A stretch of DNA of 64,000 bases, taken from positions 448,001 to 512,000 of the forward strand of contig CAWAGQ010000004.1 in assembly GCA_963781585.1 (NCBI GenBank). The letters run 5' to 3'. Of the stretch, positions 55,655 to 64,000 are shown piece by piece; the first letter of the stretch is position 1, and each line of letters starts with the position of its first letter. The DNA comes from an uncultured Gemmatimonadaceae bacterium. Its GTDB lineage: Bacteria; Gemmatimonadota; Gemmatimonadetes; Gemmatimonadales; Gemmatimonadaceae. The notes under the pieces were generated by a model, which saw nothing but the letters and a program-made list of their open reading frames with translations, had not been told where the DNA came from and ran no database searches. The translations under genes and the position numbers were made by a program.

Positions 55655-55828
55655 TATCACGCGCCTGCACGACAGCCGAGAGGGCCGAGTCCGGAGTCCC
55701 GCGCGAATGCCGAGGCGCTCCGACGGGTGCAGGACGTGTGGGGGAGGGGAAGGCAGTCGCCGCGAGCGCCGGCGACCGCACCGCTCGTCATGCGAGACTC
55801 GAGACTGCGACTCCAACCCCCAAAGCGC

Positions 55829-57505
55829 GTGACTGCTGTTCCATCCGACATCGAGATCGCCCAGAAGGCGCGGCTCCGTCCTATCACTGACGTCGCCGCT
55901 GAGCTCGGACTCGCGGCCGACGACCTCGATCTCTACGGAAAGTTCAAGGCCAAGATCCCCCTTGAGGTATCGACCCGTCCGGCGCGCGGCAGGCTCGTTC
56001 TGGTCACTGCCATCAACCCCACCGCGGCCGGAGAAGGAAAGACGACGACCTCGGTGGGACTCGCACAGGCCCTCCGCCGCTCAGGCAACAACGTCGCCCT
56101 CTGTATCCGCGAACCATCGCTCGGTCCCGTGTTCGGGGTGAAGGGCGGGGCGGCGGGGGGGGGATACTCGCAGGTGCTGCCGATGGAGGACATCAACCTC
56201 CATTTCACCGGCGACTTTCACGCGATTTCCAGCGCGCACGCGCTCTTGTCGGCGATGCTGGATAATCACCTCCAGCAGGGGAATGCCCTGGGCGTCGATC
56301 CGCGCCGCATTACCTGGCCGCGTACCATCGACATGAACGACCGGGCGTTGCGAAAAGCCATCATCGGCCTGGGAGGGCCGGCCGAGGGCGTCCCGCGCGA
56401 AGAGAAGTTCGTCATCATTCCGGCCAGTGAAGTCATGGCGATCATCGCGCTGGCGACCAACTTCGCGGACCTCGAACAGCGCCTGGCCCACATCATCGTC
56501 GGCGCCACCCGCGGTGCCGAGCGAAAACCGGTGCGCGCGGGCGAGCTCAAGGCGGCCGGTGCCATGGGCCTGCTGCTGCGGGATGCGATCCGGCCGAACC
56601 TGGTGCAGACGCTCGAAGGCGGGCCGGCGTTCGTTCACGCGGGCCCGTTCGGCAACATCGCGCACGGGTGCAACTCGATTGTGGCGACGCGATCCGCGCT
56701 GGCGCTGGCTGATCTGGTCATCACCGAGGCCGGCTTCGGCTCGGACCTTGGCGCCGAGAAGTTCTTCAACATCAAATGCCGGGCGGCCGGACTCGCACCG
56801 GAAGCGGCGGTTCTCGTCGCCACGGTGCGGGCGCTCAAGCTGAACGGTGGCGCGCACAAGACCCGGCTCAGCGTCGAAGACCTGGGCGCGTTGGAACGTG
56901 GCCTGCCGAATCTCGAGCACCACATCGGCAACGTCGCCCAGTTCGGTGTCCCTGTGGTGGTCGCTGTCAATCGCTTCACGAGCGATACCGATGCGGAGCT
57001 GGCCATGGTTACGGACTGCGCGCGGCGCGCCGGGGTACGCGTCGCGCTCAACGAGACCTGGGCGCGCGGCGGCGCCGGCGGCGAAGAGCTTGCCGCGGAG
57101 GTGCTCGCCATGCTCGGCGCGGGCGGAGCGCATTTTGCGCCGCTCTACGACAGCGCCCTCCCCATTCGCGACAAGGTCCTCGCCATTGCCACACGCGTGT
57201 ATGGCGCCGACGGCGTGGACTTCATGCCGAAAGCCGATCGCAACATCGACTACCTGGAGTCCGTAGGCCTCCGTGGGACGCCGATCTGCATGGCCAAGAC
57301 GCAGTACTCGCTCACGGACGACGCGAGCAAGCTGGGCCGGCCGCGGGGCTTCCGGATCACCGTCAACGAGGTTTATCCCGCGGCCGGCGCGGGCTTCGTG
57401 GTGGCGCAGTGCGGTGACATTATGACGATGCCCGGCCTGCCCAAAGAGCCGGCCGCCGAGCGGATGTCCGTGCGCTCGGATGGCTCCATCGTCGGCCTCT
57501 TCTAG
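55829..57505 (+). CDS. fhs: Formate--tetrahydrofolate ligase
   Basis: SDIEIAQ, GEGKTT, KGGAAGGGY, GPFGNIAHG, MTMPGLP; GTG at 55829. Confidence 0.97.
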   Translation: MTAVPSDIEIAQKARLRPITDVAAELGLAADDLDLYGKFKAKIPLEVSTRPARGRLVLVTAINPTAAGEGKTTTSVGLAQALRRSGNNVALCIREPSLGPVFGVKGGAAGGGYSQVLPMEDINLHFTGDFHAISSAHALLSAMLDNHLQQGNALGVDPRRITWPRTIDMNDRALRKAIIGLGGPAEGVPREEKFVIIPASEVMAIIALATNFADLEQRLAHIIVGATRGAERKPVRAGELKAAGAMGLLLRDAIRPNLVQTLEGGPAFVHAGPFGNIAHGCNSIVATRSALALADLVITEAGFGSDLGAEKFFNIKCRAAGLAPEAAVLVATVRALKLNGGAHKTRLSVEDLGALERGLPNLEHHIGNVAQFGVPVVVAVNRFTSDTDAELAMVTDCARRAGVRVALNETWARGGAGGEELAAEVLAMLGAGGAHFAPLYDSALPIRDKVLAIATRVYGADGVDFMPKADRNIDYLESVGLRGTPICMAKTQYSLTDDASKLGRPRGFRITVNEVYPAAGAGFVVAQCGDIMTMPGLPKEPAAERMSVRSDGSIVGLF

Positions 57506-57513
57506 GAGATTGC

Positions 57514-57897
57514 GTGAGTAATCAGACGATACAGACGCCGCGAGCACCGGCCGCCATCGGCCCCTATTCGCAGGGCATCGTGGCGGGCGGCCTCCTCTTC
57601 ACCGCCGGCCAGATCGCAATCGACCCGGTGTCGGGTCAAGTGGTGCCGGGCGACGTGGTACCGCAGACGGAGCGCGTCCTCGCCAACCTCCAGGCGATCC
57701 TCGAGGCGTGCGGAGCGGACTGGTCCAGCGTGGTGAAGACTACGGTCTTTCTCGCCGATATGGCCGACTTCCCCCGCATGAACGACGTGTATGCACGTGT
57801 GCTGGGTGCCGCCCGTCCGGCGCGTTCGACGGTCCAGGTGGCCGGCCTGCCGCGTGGCGTGGCGGTGGAGATAGACGCCGTCGCGAAGGTCGCGTAG
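57514..57897 (+). CDS. ridA: RidA-family enamine/imine deaminase
   Basis: APAAIGPYSQ, VVKTTVFL, PARSTV.V..LP, VEID. Confidence 0.93.
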   Translation: MSNQTIQTPRAPAAIGPYSQGIVAGGLLFTAGQIAIDPVSGQVVPGDVVPQTERVLANLQAILEACGADWSSVVKTTVFLADMADFPRMNDVYARVLGAARPARSTVQVAGLPRGVAVEIDAVAKVA

Positions 57898-57993
57898 GCC
57901 CTCAGTAGCCGCGCCTCGCGTGGACCAGGCGCTTGCCTTCGGCCCTCGAGGGGTCTCGATGATAGGCTTGAGCGACTTGTCATGAGTGCCTAA

Positions 57994-58077
57994 CGACTTC
58001 CGACTTCCGCGCTCCGACTTCCGACTTCCGCCCTCCGCCCTCCGCCCTCCGGCTTCCCTCCTCCGACCTCCGACCTC
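57994..58077 (+). repeat. Tandem heptamer array, 12 units (CGACTTC/CGCCCTC/CGACCTC)
   Basis: Uninterrupted 7-nt phase for 84 nt, ending 2 nt before the selD start. Confidence 0.9.
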
Positions 58078-58079
58078 CC

Positions 58080-59117
58080 GTGTCCCACACTCGCGACCAG
58101 CTCTTCCGGCTCACCCAATTCGCGCGCTGCGCTGGTTGAGCGTCCAAGATGGGTCCGGGTGACCTGATGAAGGCGCTCGCGCCGCTGCCTCTGCGCGCCG
58201 ATCCCCGCATCCTCGTCGGTCGAGAGTCGTTCGACGACGCGGGAGTCTTTCGCGTGAGCGACGACCTCGCTCTGGTGCAGACGGTCGATTTCTTCGCGCC
58301 GATCGTTGATGACCCGTACGAATTCGGCCAGATCGCGGCCGCCAACGCGCTCTCCGATATCTACGCCATGGGGGGGGAACCGCTCACCGCGCTCTCGATC
58401 GTCGGCTTTCCGTCGGAGCAGCTCCCGATCGAGGTGCTCACCGCCATCCTCCGGGGCGGCCAGGAGAAGGTGCATGAGGCCGGAGCCGCCGTCATCGGCG
58501 GCCACACGGTAATCGACGAGGAACTCAAGTACGGACTCGCGGTCACTGGCCGGGTGGACCCGCGACACATGCTCACCAACGATGCGGCCGCGGTGGGAGA
58601 TCTCCTCGTGCTCACGAAGCCCCTCGGTACCGGGTTCGTCTCCACGGCCCTGAAACGCGGCACGGTGTCGCGAGATCGCGCTGACGACGCGCTCGATTCC
58701 ATGCGCCTGCTGAACGCTGCGGCGGCGCGCGCGGCGCAGGAAATCGGCGTTCGCTGCGCCACCGACGTGACCGGATTCGGACTCGCCGGCCACGCCTCAC
58801 ACGTTGCCAGGGCCAGCGGCGTCTCGCTGCAGTTCGATGCCTCCACGCTCCCGGCGTTCGATTGCGTTCGCGACGCGTGGACGGACGGGGCGACTCCCGC
58901 GGGCGCGGATCGAAACCTGGCGTACCTCGACGCCCTCGTGCATTGGGGAAGCGCCACCCCATTTGAACGCGCCCTGGTGGTCGATCCGCAGACCTCGGGT
59001 GGACTGCTGCTCGCGATCCCTCAGTCCCTCCTGGCGGAGTATCTTTCCCGCGTTCCCGCCGCGGCCACGGTCGGTGAAGTCCTGCCGCGCGGCGATCGAC
59101 TCGTGGTGCTCGCGTGA
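58080..59117 (+). CDS. selD: Selenide, water dikinase SelD, selenocysteine-containing (UGA at 58137-58139)
   Basis: GTG...RLTQFARCAG-TGA-ASKMGPGDL; DDAG, QTVDFF, ANALSDIYAMG, DVTGFGL.GH, DPQTSGGLL. Confidence 0.95.
58138..58178 (+). promoter_or_regulatory. Putative bacterial SECIS hairpin
   Basis: Lower stem GAGCGTC/GGCGCTC, upper stem GGTC/GACC, G-containing loop CGGGT, directly 3' of the UGA. Confidence 0.7.
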
Positions 59118-59124
59118 TCTTCGT

Positions 59125-59221
59125 GGGGGTGTATGGGGCCTGGTGGCTTCCGTCGTCTTCAAAACGATTGTGACCTGACTTCGTCGGGTTGGGTGGGTTC
59201 GATTCCCACACGCTCCCGCCA
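59125..59221 (+). tRNA. selC: tRNA-Sec (anticodon TCA)
   Basis: 8-bp acceptor GGGGGTGT/ACGCTCCC plus GCCA; loop CTTCAAA; long variable arm; GTGGGTTCGATTCCCAC T-arm. Confidence 0.95.
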
Positions 59222-59300
59222 CCGGGTGCTCGAGTGCGACCGGTCAGGGGACGCCGGCAATGTGCCATCCGGCGCGCCTCGAACCGGAAGTCGGTTCGGC

Positions 59301-59990
59301 GTGATGGGCGGACGCATGGCGGTCGCGGCCGCCATGCTGCTGGCAGCCGGAGACGCGCGCGCCCAACGCCCCGACTCTGCGGCGGTGCGGGCGGATTCCA
59401 TCGCGCGTGCCCGGACCGATTCCCTGGCGCGCGTCAGGGCCGATTCCGTCGCGCGCGCGACGGCCGATTCCGCGAGTCGGGCTGCGCGAACTCGTCAGGC
59501 AGTTGCCGTGCGCGCGCCGCGCGACTCGCTGAGTCCCCCCATTTCGCCTGGACGCGCCTTTCTCTATTCCTTTGCGCTGCCGGGCCTGGGCCAGGCGCGC
59601 CTCCACCGGTTCACGGGAGCAATCTACGTCACTGTCGAGGCGGTCGCGGTCGCGATGACGACAAAAGCGGCGAACGACCTTCGCATCGCGCGCGCCCACG
59701 CGCACGACGTCGTCATTGGATCCTACGCCACCGATCCCGCGACCGGCGCCCCTACCGTGGACGCGCAGGGCGCATTCGTTCGCGCCGACACGGTCGAGAA
59801 CCGCAACGCCGGCAACCGGGTGAAGGCACGACGGACGCACGTCGAGGACTGGGTGGCGGTGCTCGTGTTCAACCACCTGTTCGCGGGCGCGGACGCGTTC
59901 GTCGCCGCGCATCTCTGGGATCTTCCCGCCCGCGTGGAGATTCGGTCCACACCGCGGGGGCCGGCGCTGGGCGTCAACGTGCGATGGTAA
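59301..59990 (+). CDS. Exported/membrane hypothetical protein with RADS repeats
   Basis: Signal peptide ending ARA-Q; repeats; S..LPGLGQ and DAFV.AHL motifs; start uncertain (59262-59316). Confidence 0.7.
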   Translation: MMGGRMAVAAAMLLAAGDARAQRPDSAAVRADSIARARTDSLARVRADSVARATADSASRAARTRQAVAVRAPRDSLSPPISPGRAFLYSFALPGLGQARLHRFTGAIYVTVEAVAVAMTTKAANDLRIARAHAHDVVIGSYATDPATGAPTVDAQGAFVRADTVENRNAGNRVKARRTHVEDWVAVLVFNHLFAGADAFVAAHLWDLPARVEIRSTPRGPALGVNVRW

Positions 59991-60768
59991 CGCGAGCGGC
60001 GTTGGGCACACGCCGCGCTTCGCGCGCCAGCACTTCGTCCCCGCCGCCGGGCCTCCAGCGGCGCAACTCGACCGCCGCAGCGTCCACGCGCAGGTAGGTC
60101 GTATCGTCCATCCAGGTTCCCGCGTTGGCGTAGATGCCGCCGCCGGCCACCCGCTCCAGTTCCGCCACGTGGGAATGTCCGAACACCAGCAGGTCCAGCG
60201 ACGGATCGCCGTCGAGGGTGCGCCGGGCCACCTCGCGCAATCCCGCGCCGCCGTCGCGGGCGCGGTAGGAGCGACTGGCCTGCGAGCTGCCTAACGCCAA
60301 TCGCGTCCCGAGATCCGGATGGACCAGGCGAAAGGCGCGTACCGCCCACGGGTGGCGGAGAACCGCCCGGAGCGCGCGGTAACGCCGGTCCTCGGCACGG
60401 CGAAGACCATCGCCATGGTCGATCCGCACCGACCAGCCGGCGATGTCTCCCCGCCACGCGCCCACGTGATACTGCACCCCGACGTCGGCCCGCAGCACAT
60501 CGCCACCCCAGCAATCGTGATTCCCCGCGATCCATAGAATCGGGACTCCCCGCTCCGCCAACCGCGCCAGTTGTGCCACCACGCGAAACCCGACCCGCGG
60601 GATCACCGAGCGCCACTCGAACCAGAAGTCGAACAGGTCGCCGTTCACGATCAGCGACCCCGCCTCGTCTTCGAGCGTCTCCAGAAACCGGAGGATTCCT
60701 CGCTCCACCTCGGGCGGTGTCACGCCGAGATGGGCGTCGGAAATGAGGTAGCACGGTGGCGGGAGCAC
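59974..60768 (-). CDS. UDP-2,3-diacylglucosamine diphosphatase-like metallophosphoesterase (LpxH-like)
   Basis: ISDAHLG, GDLFDFW.E, GNHD, HGDG, FGHSH, N.G.W. Confidence 0.85.
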   Translation of the reverse strand: MLPPPCYLISDAHLGVTPPEVERGILRFLETLEDEAGSLIVNGDLFDFWFEWRSVIPRVGFRVVAQLARLAERGVPILWIAGNHDCWGGDVLRADVGVQYHVGAWRGDIAGWSVRIDHGDGLRRAEDRRYRALRAVLRHPWAVRAFRLVHPDLGTRLALGSSQASRSYRARDGGAGLREVARRTLDGDPSLDLLVFGHSHVAELERVAGGGIYANAGTWMDDTTYLRVDAAAVELRRWRPGGGDEVLAREARRVPNAARVTIAR

Positions 60769-60796
60769 GGGCACAGTTTACCGGGCGATTCGTCTC

Positions 60797-60825
60797 TTTA
60801 CAAACTTCGCGGGAGCACCCATCTT
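60797..60825 (+). promoter_or_regulatory. Putative sigma70-type promoter of the BMC operon
   Basis: TTTACA-N17-CATCTT about 30 nt upstream of the first BMC gene. Confidence 0.45.
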
Positions 60826-60856
60826 CGCGCCCGGTGCTACACCCATAGGGGGACGG

Positions 60857-61150
60857 ATGCCAGAACGCGCGCTCGGCCTCATCGAGACCAAGGGACTCGT
60901 CGGGGCCATCGAAGCCGCAGATGCCATGGTCAAAGCGGCAAATGTCCGCTTGATCGGCAAGGAGAAGGTCGGAGGCGGCTACGTGACGGTCATGGTCCGC
61001 GGCGATGTCGGCGCGGTGAAGGCGGCGACGGACGCCGGAGCGGCGGCCGCCGAGCGGGTGGGCGAGCTGGTTTCCGTGCACGTGATTCCCAGACCGCACG
61101 CCGAGCTCGAGTTGATCATCCCGCAAGGCCCACCAGGTGAGAGCACCTGA
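60857..61150 (+). CDS. BMC-H shell hexamer (EutM/PduA-like)
   Basis: [26 protein letters not shown]...[10 protein letters not shown]...HVIPRPH. Confidence 0.96.
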   Translation: MPERALGLIETKGLVGAIEAADAMVKAANVRLIGKEKVGGGYVTVMVRGDVGAVKAATDAGAAAAERVGELVSVHVIPRPHAELELIIPQGPPGEST

Positions 61151-61616
61151 GCGGGAGTCCAGCGGAGGGGCGCTCGGACTCATCGAGACGCGGGGATTGG
61201 TCGGCGCCCTCGAAGCGGCCGACGCCGGACTGAAGGCTGCCCTGGTGCGCCTCCTGGGTACGGAGCGCGCCGATGCCGGTCTCGTGACGGTGAAGTTCCT
61301 TGGTGACACGGCGGCCGTGAAGGCCGCCGTCGATGCGGGCGCTGCCGCCGCAGAGCGGGTCGGCCATCTCGTCTCCGTCCATGTCATCCCCCGCCCACAT
61401 GACGAGTTGTCGCTGGTCACAGCCGATGACGAGGCCGCCGGCTCCGAGCCGCCAATGATCGGCGGACGATTCGACATGGCGGCGCTGCAGCGGGCGAAGG
61501 TCGTGGATCTCCGCGCCACGGCCCGTCGCGTCCCGGGTTTCCCCATCAAGGGTCGTGATGTGGCGCGCGCGGGCCGCGAAGAACTCCTCGCCGCCTTTCA
61601 GTCGCTGCTCCGCTGA
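61137..61616 (+). CDS. BMC-H shell protein with C-terminal helical extension domain
   Basis: BMC domain (ALGLIETRG...HVIPRPH) plus about 55 aa extra C-terminal region. Confidence 0.92.
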   Translation: MRAPERESSGGALGLIETRGLVGALEAADAGLKAALVRLLGTERADAGLVTVKFLGDTAAVKAAVDAGAAAAERVGHLVSVHVIPRPHDELSLVTADDEAAGSEPPMIGGRFDMAALQRAKVVDLRATARRVPGFPIKGRDVARAGREELLAAFQSLLR

Positions 61617-61627
61617 CCCACGGCGCC

Positions 61628-63124
61628 ATGGACGCCGACCTGCAGAGCATCCAGGAAGCGCGCGATCTGGTAGCCCGCGCTGCGGCGGCGCAGGCGGCCT
61701 TTGCCAACGCCACGCAGGAACGCGTCGACGCGGTGGTGCGCGCCATGGCGACCGCCGCTTCAGCTGCGGCCGAGCCGCTGGCGCGCATGGCGGTCGACGA
61801 AACGCGCATGGGCGTATACGAGCACAAGATCATCAAGAATCGCTTTGCGTCCGACACCCTGGCTGCGTACATCCTGCCCATGCGCACGGTGGGCGTGCTC
61901 CATGACGACCCGGAGCGGCGAGTGCGAGAACTGGCCGTGCCAATGGGCGTCGTGGGCGCCATCGTCCCGACGACAAATCCCACCTCGACCGCGATCTACA
62001 AGGCGCTCATCTCGCTCAAGGCGCGCAATGCGATCGTGATGTCACCGCACCCGCGCGCCGTTCAGTGCACGGTCGAAGCCGCGAACGTGCTCGAGCGCGC
62101 GGCCGTCTCGGCGGGGGCGCCCCCCGGTCTCGTGAACGCCATGACGGCGCCCACGCTCGACGGGACCAGGGCCCTCATGCACCATCGCGAAACCGCCGTG
62201 CTCCTCGCCACCGGAGGCACGGACATGGTGCGTGCCGTGTATTCGTCAGGCAAACCGGCCTATGGCGTGGGTCCCGGCAACGTGCCGGCCATCATCGAAC
62301 GGACCGCGCGTGTCGACAAGGCGGTAGCGGACGTGGTGGACGGCAAGACCTTCGACGCGGGAGTGCTCTGTTCGGCGGAGAACGCGGTGGTCGTCGACGC
62401 ACCGGTCGAACGCGACGTCCGCGGGGCGTTCCAGCGGGAGCGGGCGCATTTCTGCACCCCGGAGGAGAAGCGTGCTCTCGAACGGTTGATGATCCCGCCA
62501 TCGGGGAAGGGCATCAACCCCGACGTCGTGGGCCAGCAGCCGCAGGCGATCGCGCGCATGGCCGGCTTCCCTGTTTCTCCCGACGCGAAGCTCCTGATCG
62601 TCGAGCTCACGGGCGTCGGCCGTGGCGATCCACTCAGCCGCGAGAAGCTCTGCCCGGTGCTGGCGTACTTCGTCGAGGACGGCTGGGAAGCGTGCTGTCA
62701 CCGCGCGATCGAACTGCTGCGCTACGGTGGCATCGGTCACTCGCTGAGCATTCACAGCCGCGACCAATACGTGATCGACCGGTTCTTCGAGGAGAAGCCC
62801 GCGTTTCGCATCATCGTGAACTCCAACACCGCCATCGGAGCGGTCGGCTTCACGACCGGCTTCGCGCCGGCGATGACGTTGGGTCCCGGCTCGTGGGGCG
62901 GCAGCATCACCTCGGACAACATCACCCCGCTTCACCTCATCAACGTCAAGCGGATCGGCGAGGAGATCCGGCCGTATCGTGATCCGCTGCGCGATTCCGT
63001 ACCGGCCGGCGCCGCCAAGGCACCGCGCACCGAGTCGGACTTTCCGGACGGGAGCCTTGACGAGCAGGGCGTGCAGCGGGTGGTAGCCGATTTCCTGACC
63101 GAGTTCCGGGCCTCGCATCGATGA
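61628..63124 (+). CDS. CoA-acylating aldehyde dehydrogenase (EutE/PduP-like) with C-terminal encapsulation peptide
   Basis: D.DLQSIQEAR, PTTNPTST, ATGG, GVGPGN, LCSAE catalytic Cys, EKLCP; tail DEQGVQRVVADFL. Confidence 0.92.
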   Translation: MDADLQSIQEARDLVARAAAAQAAFANATQERVDAVVRAMATAASAAAEPLARMAVDETRMGVYEHKIIKNRFASDTLAAYILPMRTVGVLHDDPERRVRELAVPMGVVGAIVPTTNPTSTAIYKALISLKARNAIVMSPHPRAVQCTVEAANVLERAAVSAGAPPGLVNAMTAPTLDGTRALMHHRETAVLLATGGTDMVRAVYSSGKPAYGVGPGNVPAIIERTARVDKAVADVVDGKTFDAGVLCSAENAVVVDAPVERDVRGAFQRERAHFCTPEEKRALERLMIPPSGKGINPDVVGQQPQAIARMAGFPVSPDAKLLIVELTGVGRGDPLSREKLCPVLAYFVEDGWEACCHRAIELLRYGGIGHSLSIHSRDQYVIDRFFEEKPAFRIIVNSNTAIGAVGFTTGFAPAMTLGPGSWGGSITSDNITPLHLINVKRIGEEIRPYRDPLRDSVPAGAAKAPRTESDFPDGSLDEQGVQRVVADFLTEFRASHR

Positions 63125-64000
63125 CCGACGACGAACTCGACCGGCTGGCGGGGCTGATCGCCGACGCCCTGCAGCGCGACCGCGACGCGGCCGCGCCGTC
63201 CCGTCCGGTTCCGTGGCTGCTGCCACCAATCCGTCCCGCCCCCCCCGACCGCGGTGGAGAGCCGGCCCCGTGGACCGGGGCCGGCCAGTCGTTAGGCGAT
63301 GTGGCGCCTGTCCGCCACCCGGTTGCGCCGCGCCACCGCGCGGATGTAGGCGAGCTGACCGCCGCCGTCCGGGGCGCGGCCGCCGGCAAGGGCATCCCCG
63401 CGGCGCCGGTCAGGCCGGAGCGTGATGCGCCCACAGGGCGCCGCGCGCGCCGCACGCTGCCGATCTCCGTCCCGATCGGCGTCTCCAATCGGCACCTGCA
63501 CCTGTCACCGGATCATGTCGCGATCCTGTTCGGGCCCGCGGGGCTCCGGTCGGGGCGCGACCTGGTACAGCCGGGTCAGTTCGCGGCGTTGGAAGCGGTT
63601 GCCGTGGTCGGACCCGCTGGCCGCCTCGACGCGGTGCGCGTCGTCGGACCGGCCAGATCCGCTACCCAGCTGGAACTGGCCCTGAGCGACGCCGTGACGC
63701 TCGGCGTGCAGCCACCGGTGGCGGCAAGCGGGGACCTCGGCGCGTCGATCGGGGGAGTGACCCTGGTCGGTCCGCACGGGCGCGTCGCCCTCGAACGCGG
63801 TGTGATCGTGGCGGCGCGCCATCTCCACCTCGCGCCGGCCGACGCCCAGCAGTGGGGCCTGCAGGACGGCGACCGCGTCGACGCGACCTGCGGCATGAGC
63901 GCCCGCGCGGTCACGCTCCACAACGTCCTGGTGCGGTCCGGACCGTCGCATGCCACCGAGCTCCACCTCGACGCCGATGAAGCGCGCGCCGCTGCCGCGC
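63121..64000 (+). CDS. pduL: PduL-type phosphate acyltransferase (3' truncated by window)
   Basis: Not in the ORF track because it has no stop; open from ATG 63121 with IGVSNRHLHLS, QPGQFAA, RVVGP.R, RHLHL, ELHLDADEA. Confidence 0.92.
   Translation, partial: MTDDELDRLAGLIADALQRDRDAAAPSRPVPWLLPPIRPAPPDRGGEPAPWTGAGQSLGDVAPVRHPVAPRHRADVGELTAAVRGAAAGKGIPAAPVRPERDAPTGRRARRTLPISVPIGVSNRHLHLSPDHVAILFGPAGLRSGRDLVQPGQFAALEAVAVVGPAGRLDAVRVVGPARSATQLELALSDAVTLGVQPPVAASGDLGASIGGVTLVGPHGRVALERGVIVAARHLHLAPADAQQWGLQDGDRVDATCGMSARAVTLHNVLVRSGPSHATELHLDADEARAAAA

Noticed and set aside
55655..55828. Canonical ZTP or THF riboswitch before fhs
   Set aside because: Conserved core sequences not recognisable; kept only as a weak structured-leader candidate.
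57994..58077. Repeat arrays as a CRISPR locus
   Set aside because: 7-bp tandem units without spacers; no cas genes.
58137..58139. selD as a nonsense pseudogene
   Set aside because: The UGA is at the catalytic position, followed by a SECIS-like hairpin, and tRNA-Sec is adjacent.
59133..59261. N-terminal extension of ORF 59133-59990
   Set aside because: Overlaps tRNA-Sec; the signal peptide indicates a later start.
59222..60000. Genomic island integrated at selC
   Set aside because: No integrase, no duplicated tRNA 3' end and no visible compositional shift.

Overview
GC-rich (about 68-70% by eye) bacterial core-chromosome segment. Gene content and order suggest Gemmatimonadota (inference, not proven). 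It holds pyrR-pyrB-pyrC, a class II aldolase, rpsT, a long coupled cluster (site-2 protease, scpA/scpB, pseudouridine synthase, MoxR/DUF58/vWA/Bat genes, mutL, miaA, bshA, uppP, birA, coaX), CIRCE-controlled groES-groEL, a PadR + duplicated orphan permease pair, ggt, a roadblock/receiver/sugar-nucleotidyltransferase operon, serS-kinase-pcrA-gatCAB, murA, a frameshifted pgeF, rimP-nusA-L7Ae-infB-rbfA-truB-ribF, secDF, tatD, fhs, ridA, a UGA-readthrough selD followed by tRNA-Sec, and the start of a bacterial microcompartment (BMC) locus cut by the window end. No integrase, transposase, phage gene or CRISPR array was seen. The most interesting signals are: (1) a dispersed octamer CGTTAGGC/GCCTAACG seen 18 times, almost all inside genes and on both strands; (2) a Sec-containing SelD missed by the ORF track; (3) clustered D-(S/T)-hydrophobic motifs in exported proteins, resembling the Bacteroidota O-glycosylation sequon; (4) several unrelated 7-bp-period intergenic arrays; (5) a BMC locus with encapsulation peptides and a shell protein carrying an extra helical domain. 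All counts and coordinates were read by eye.
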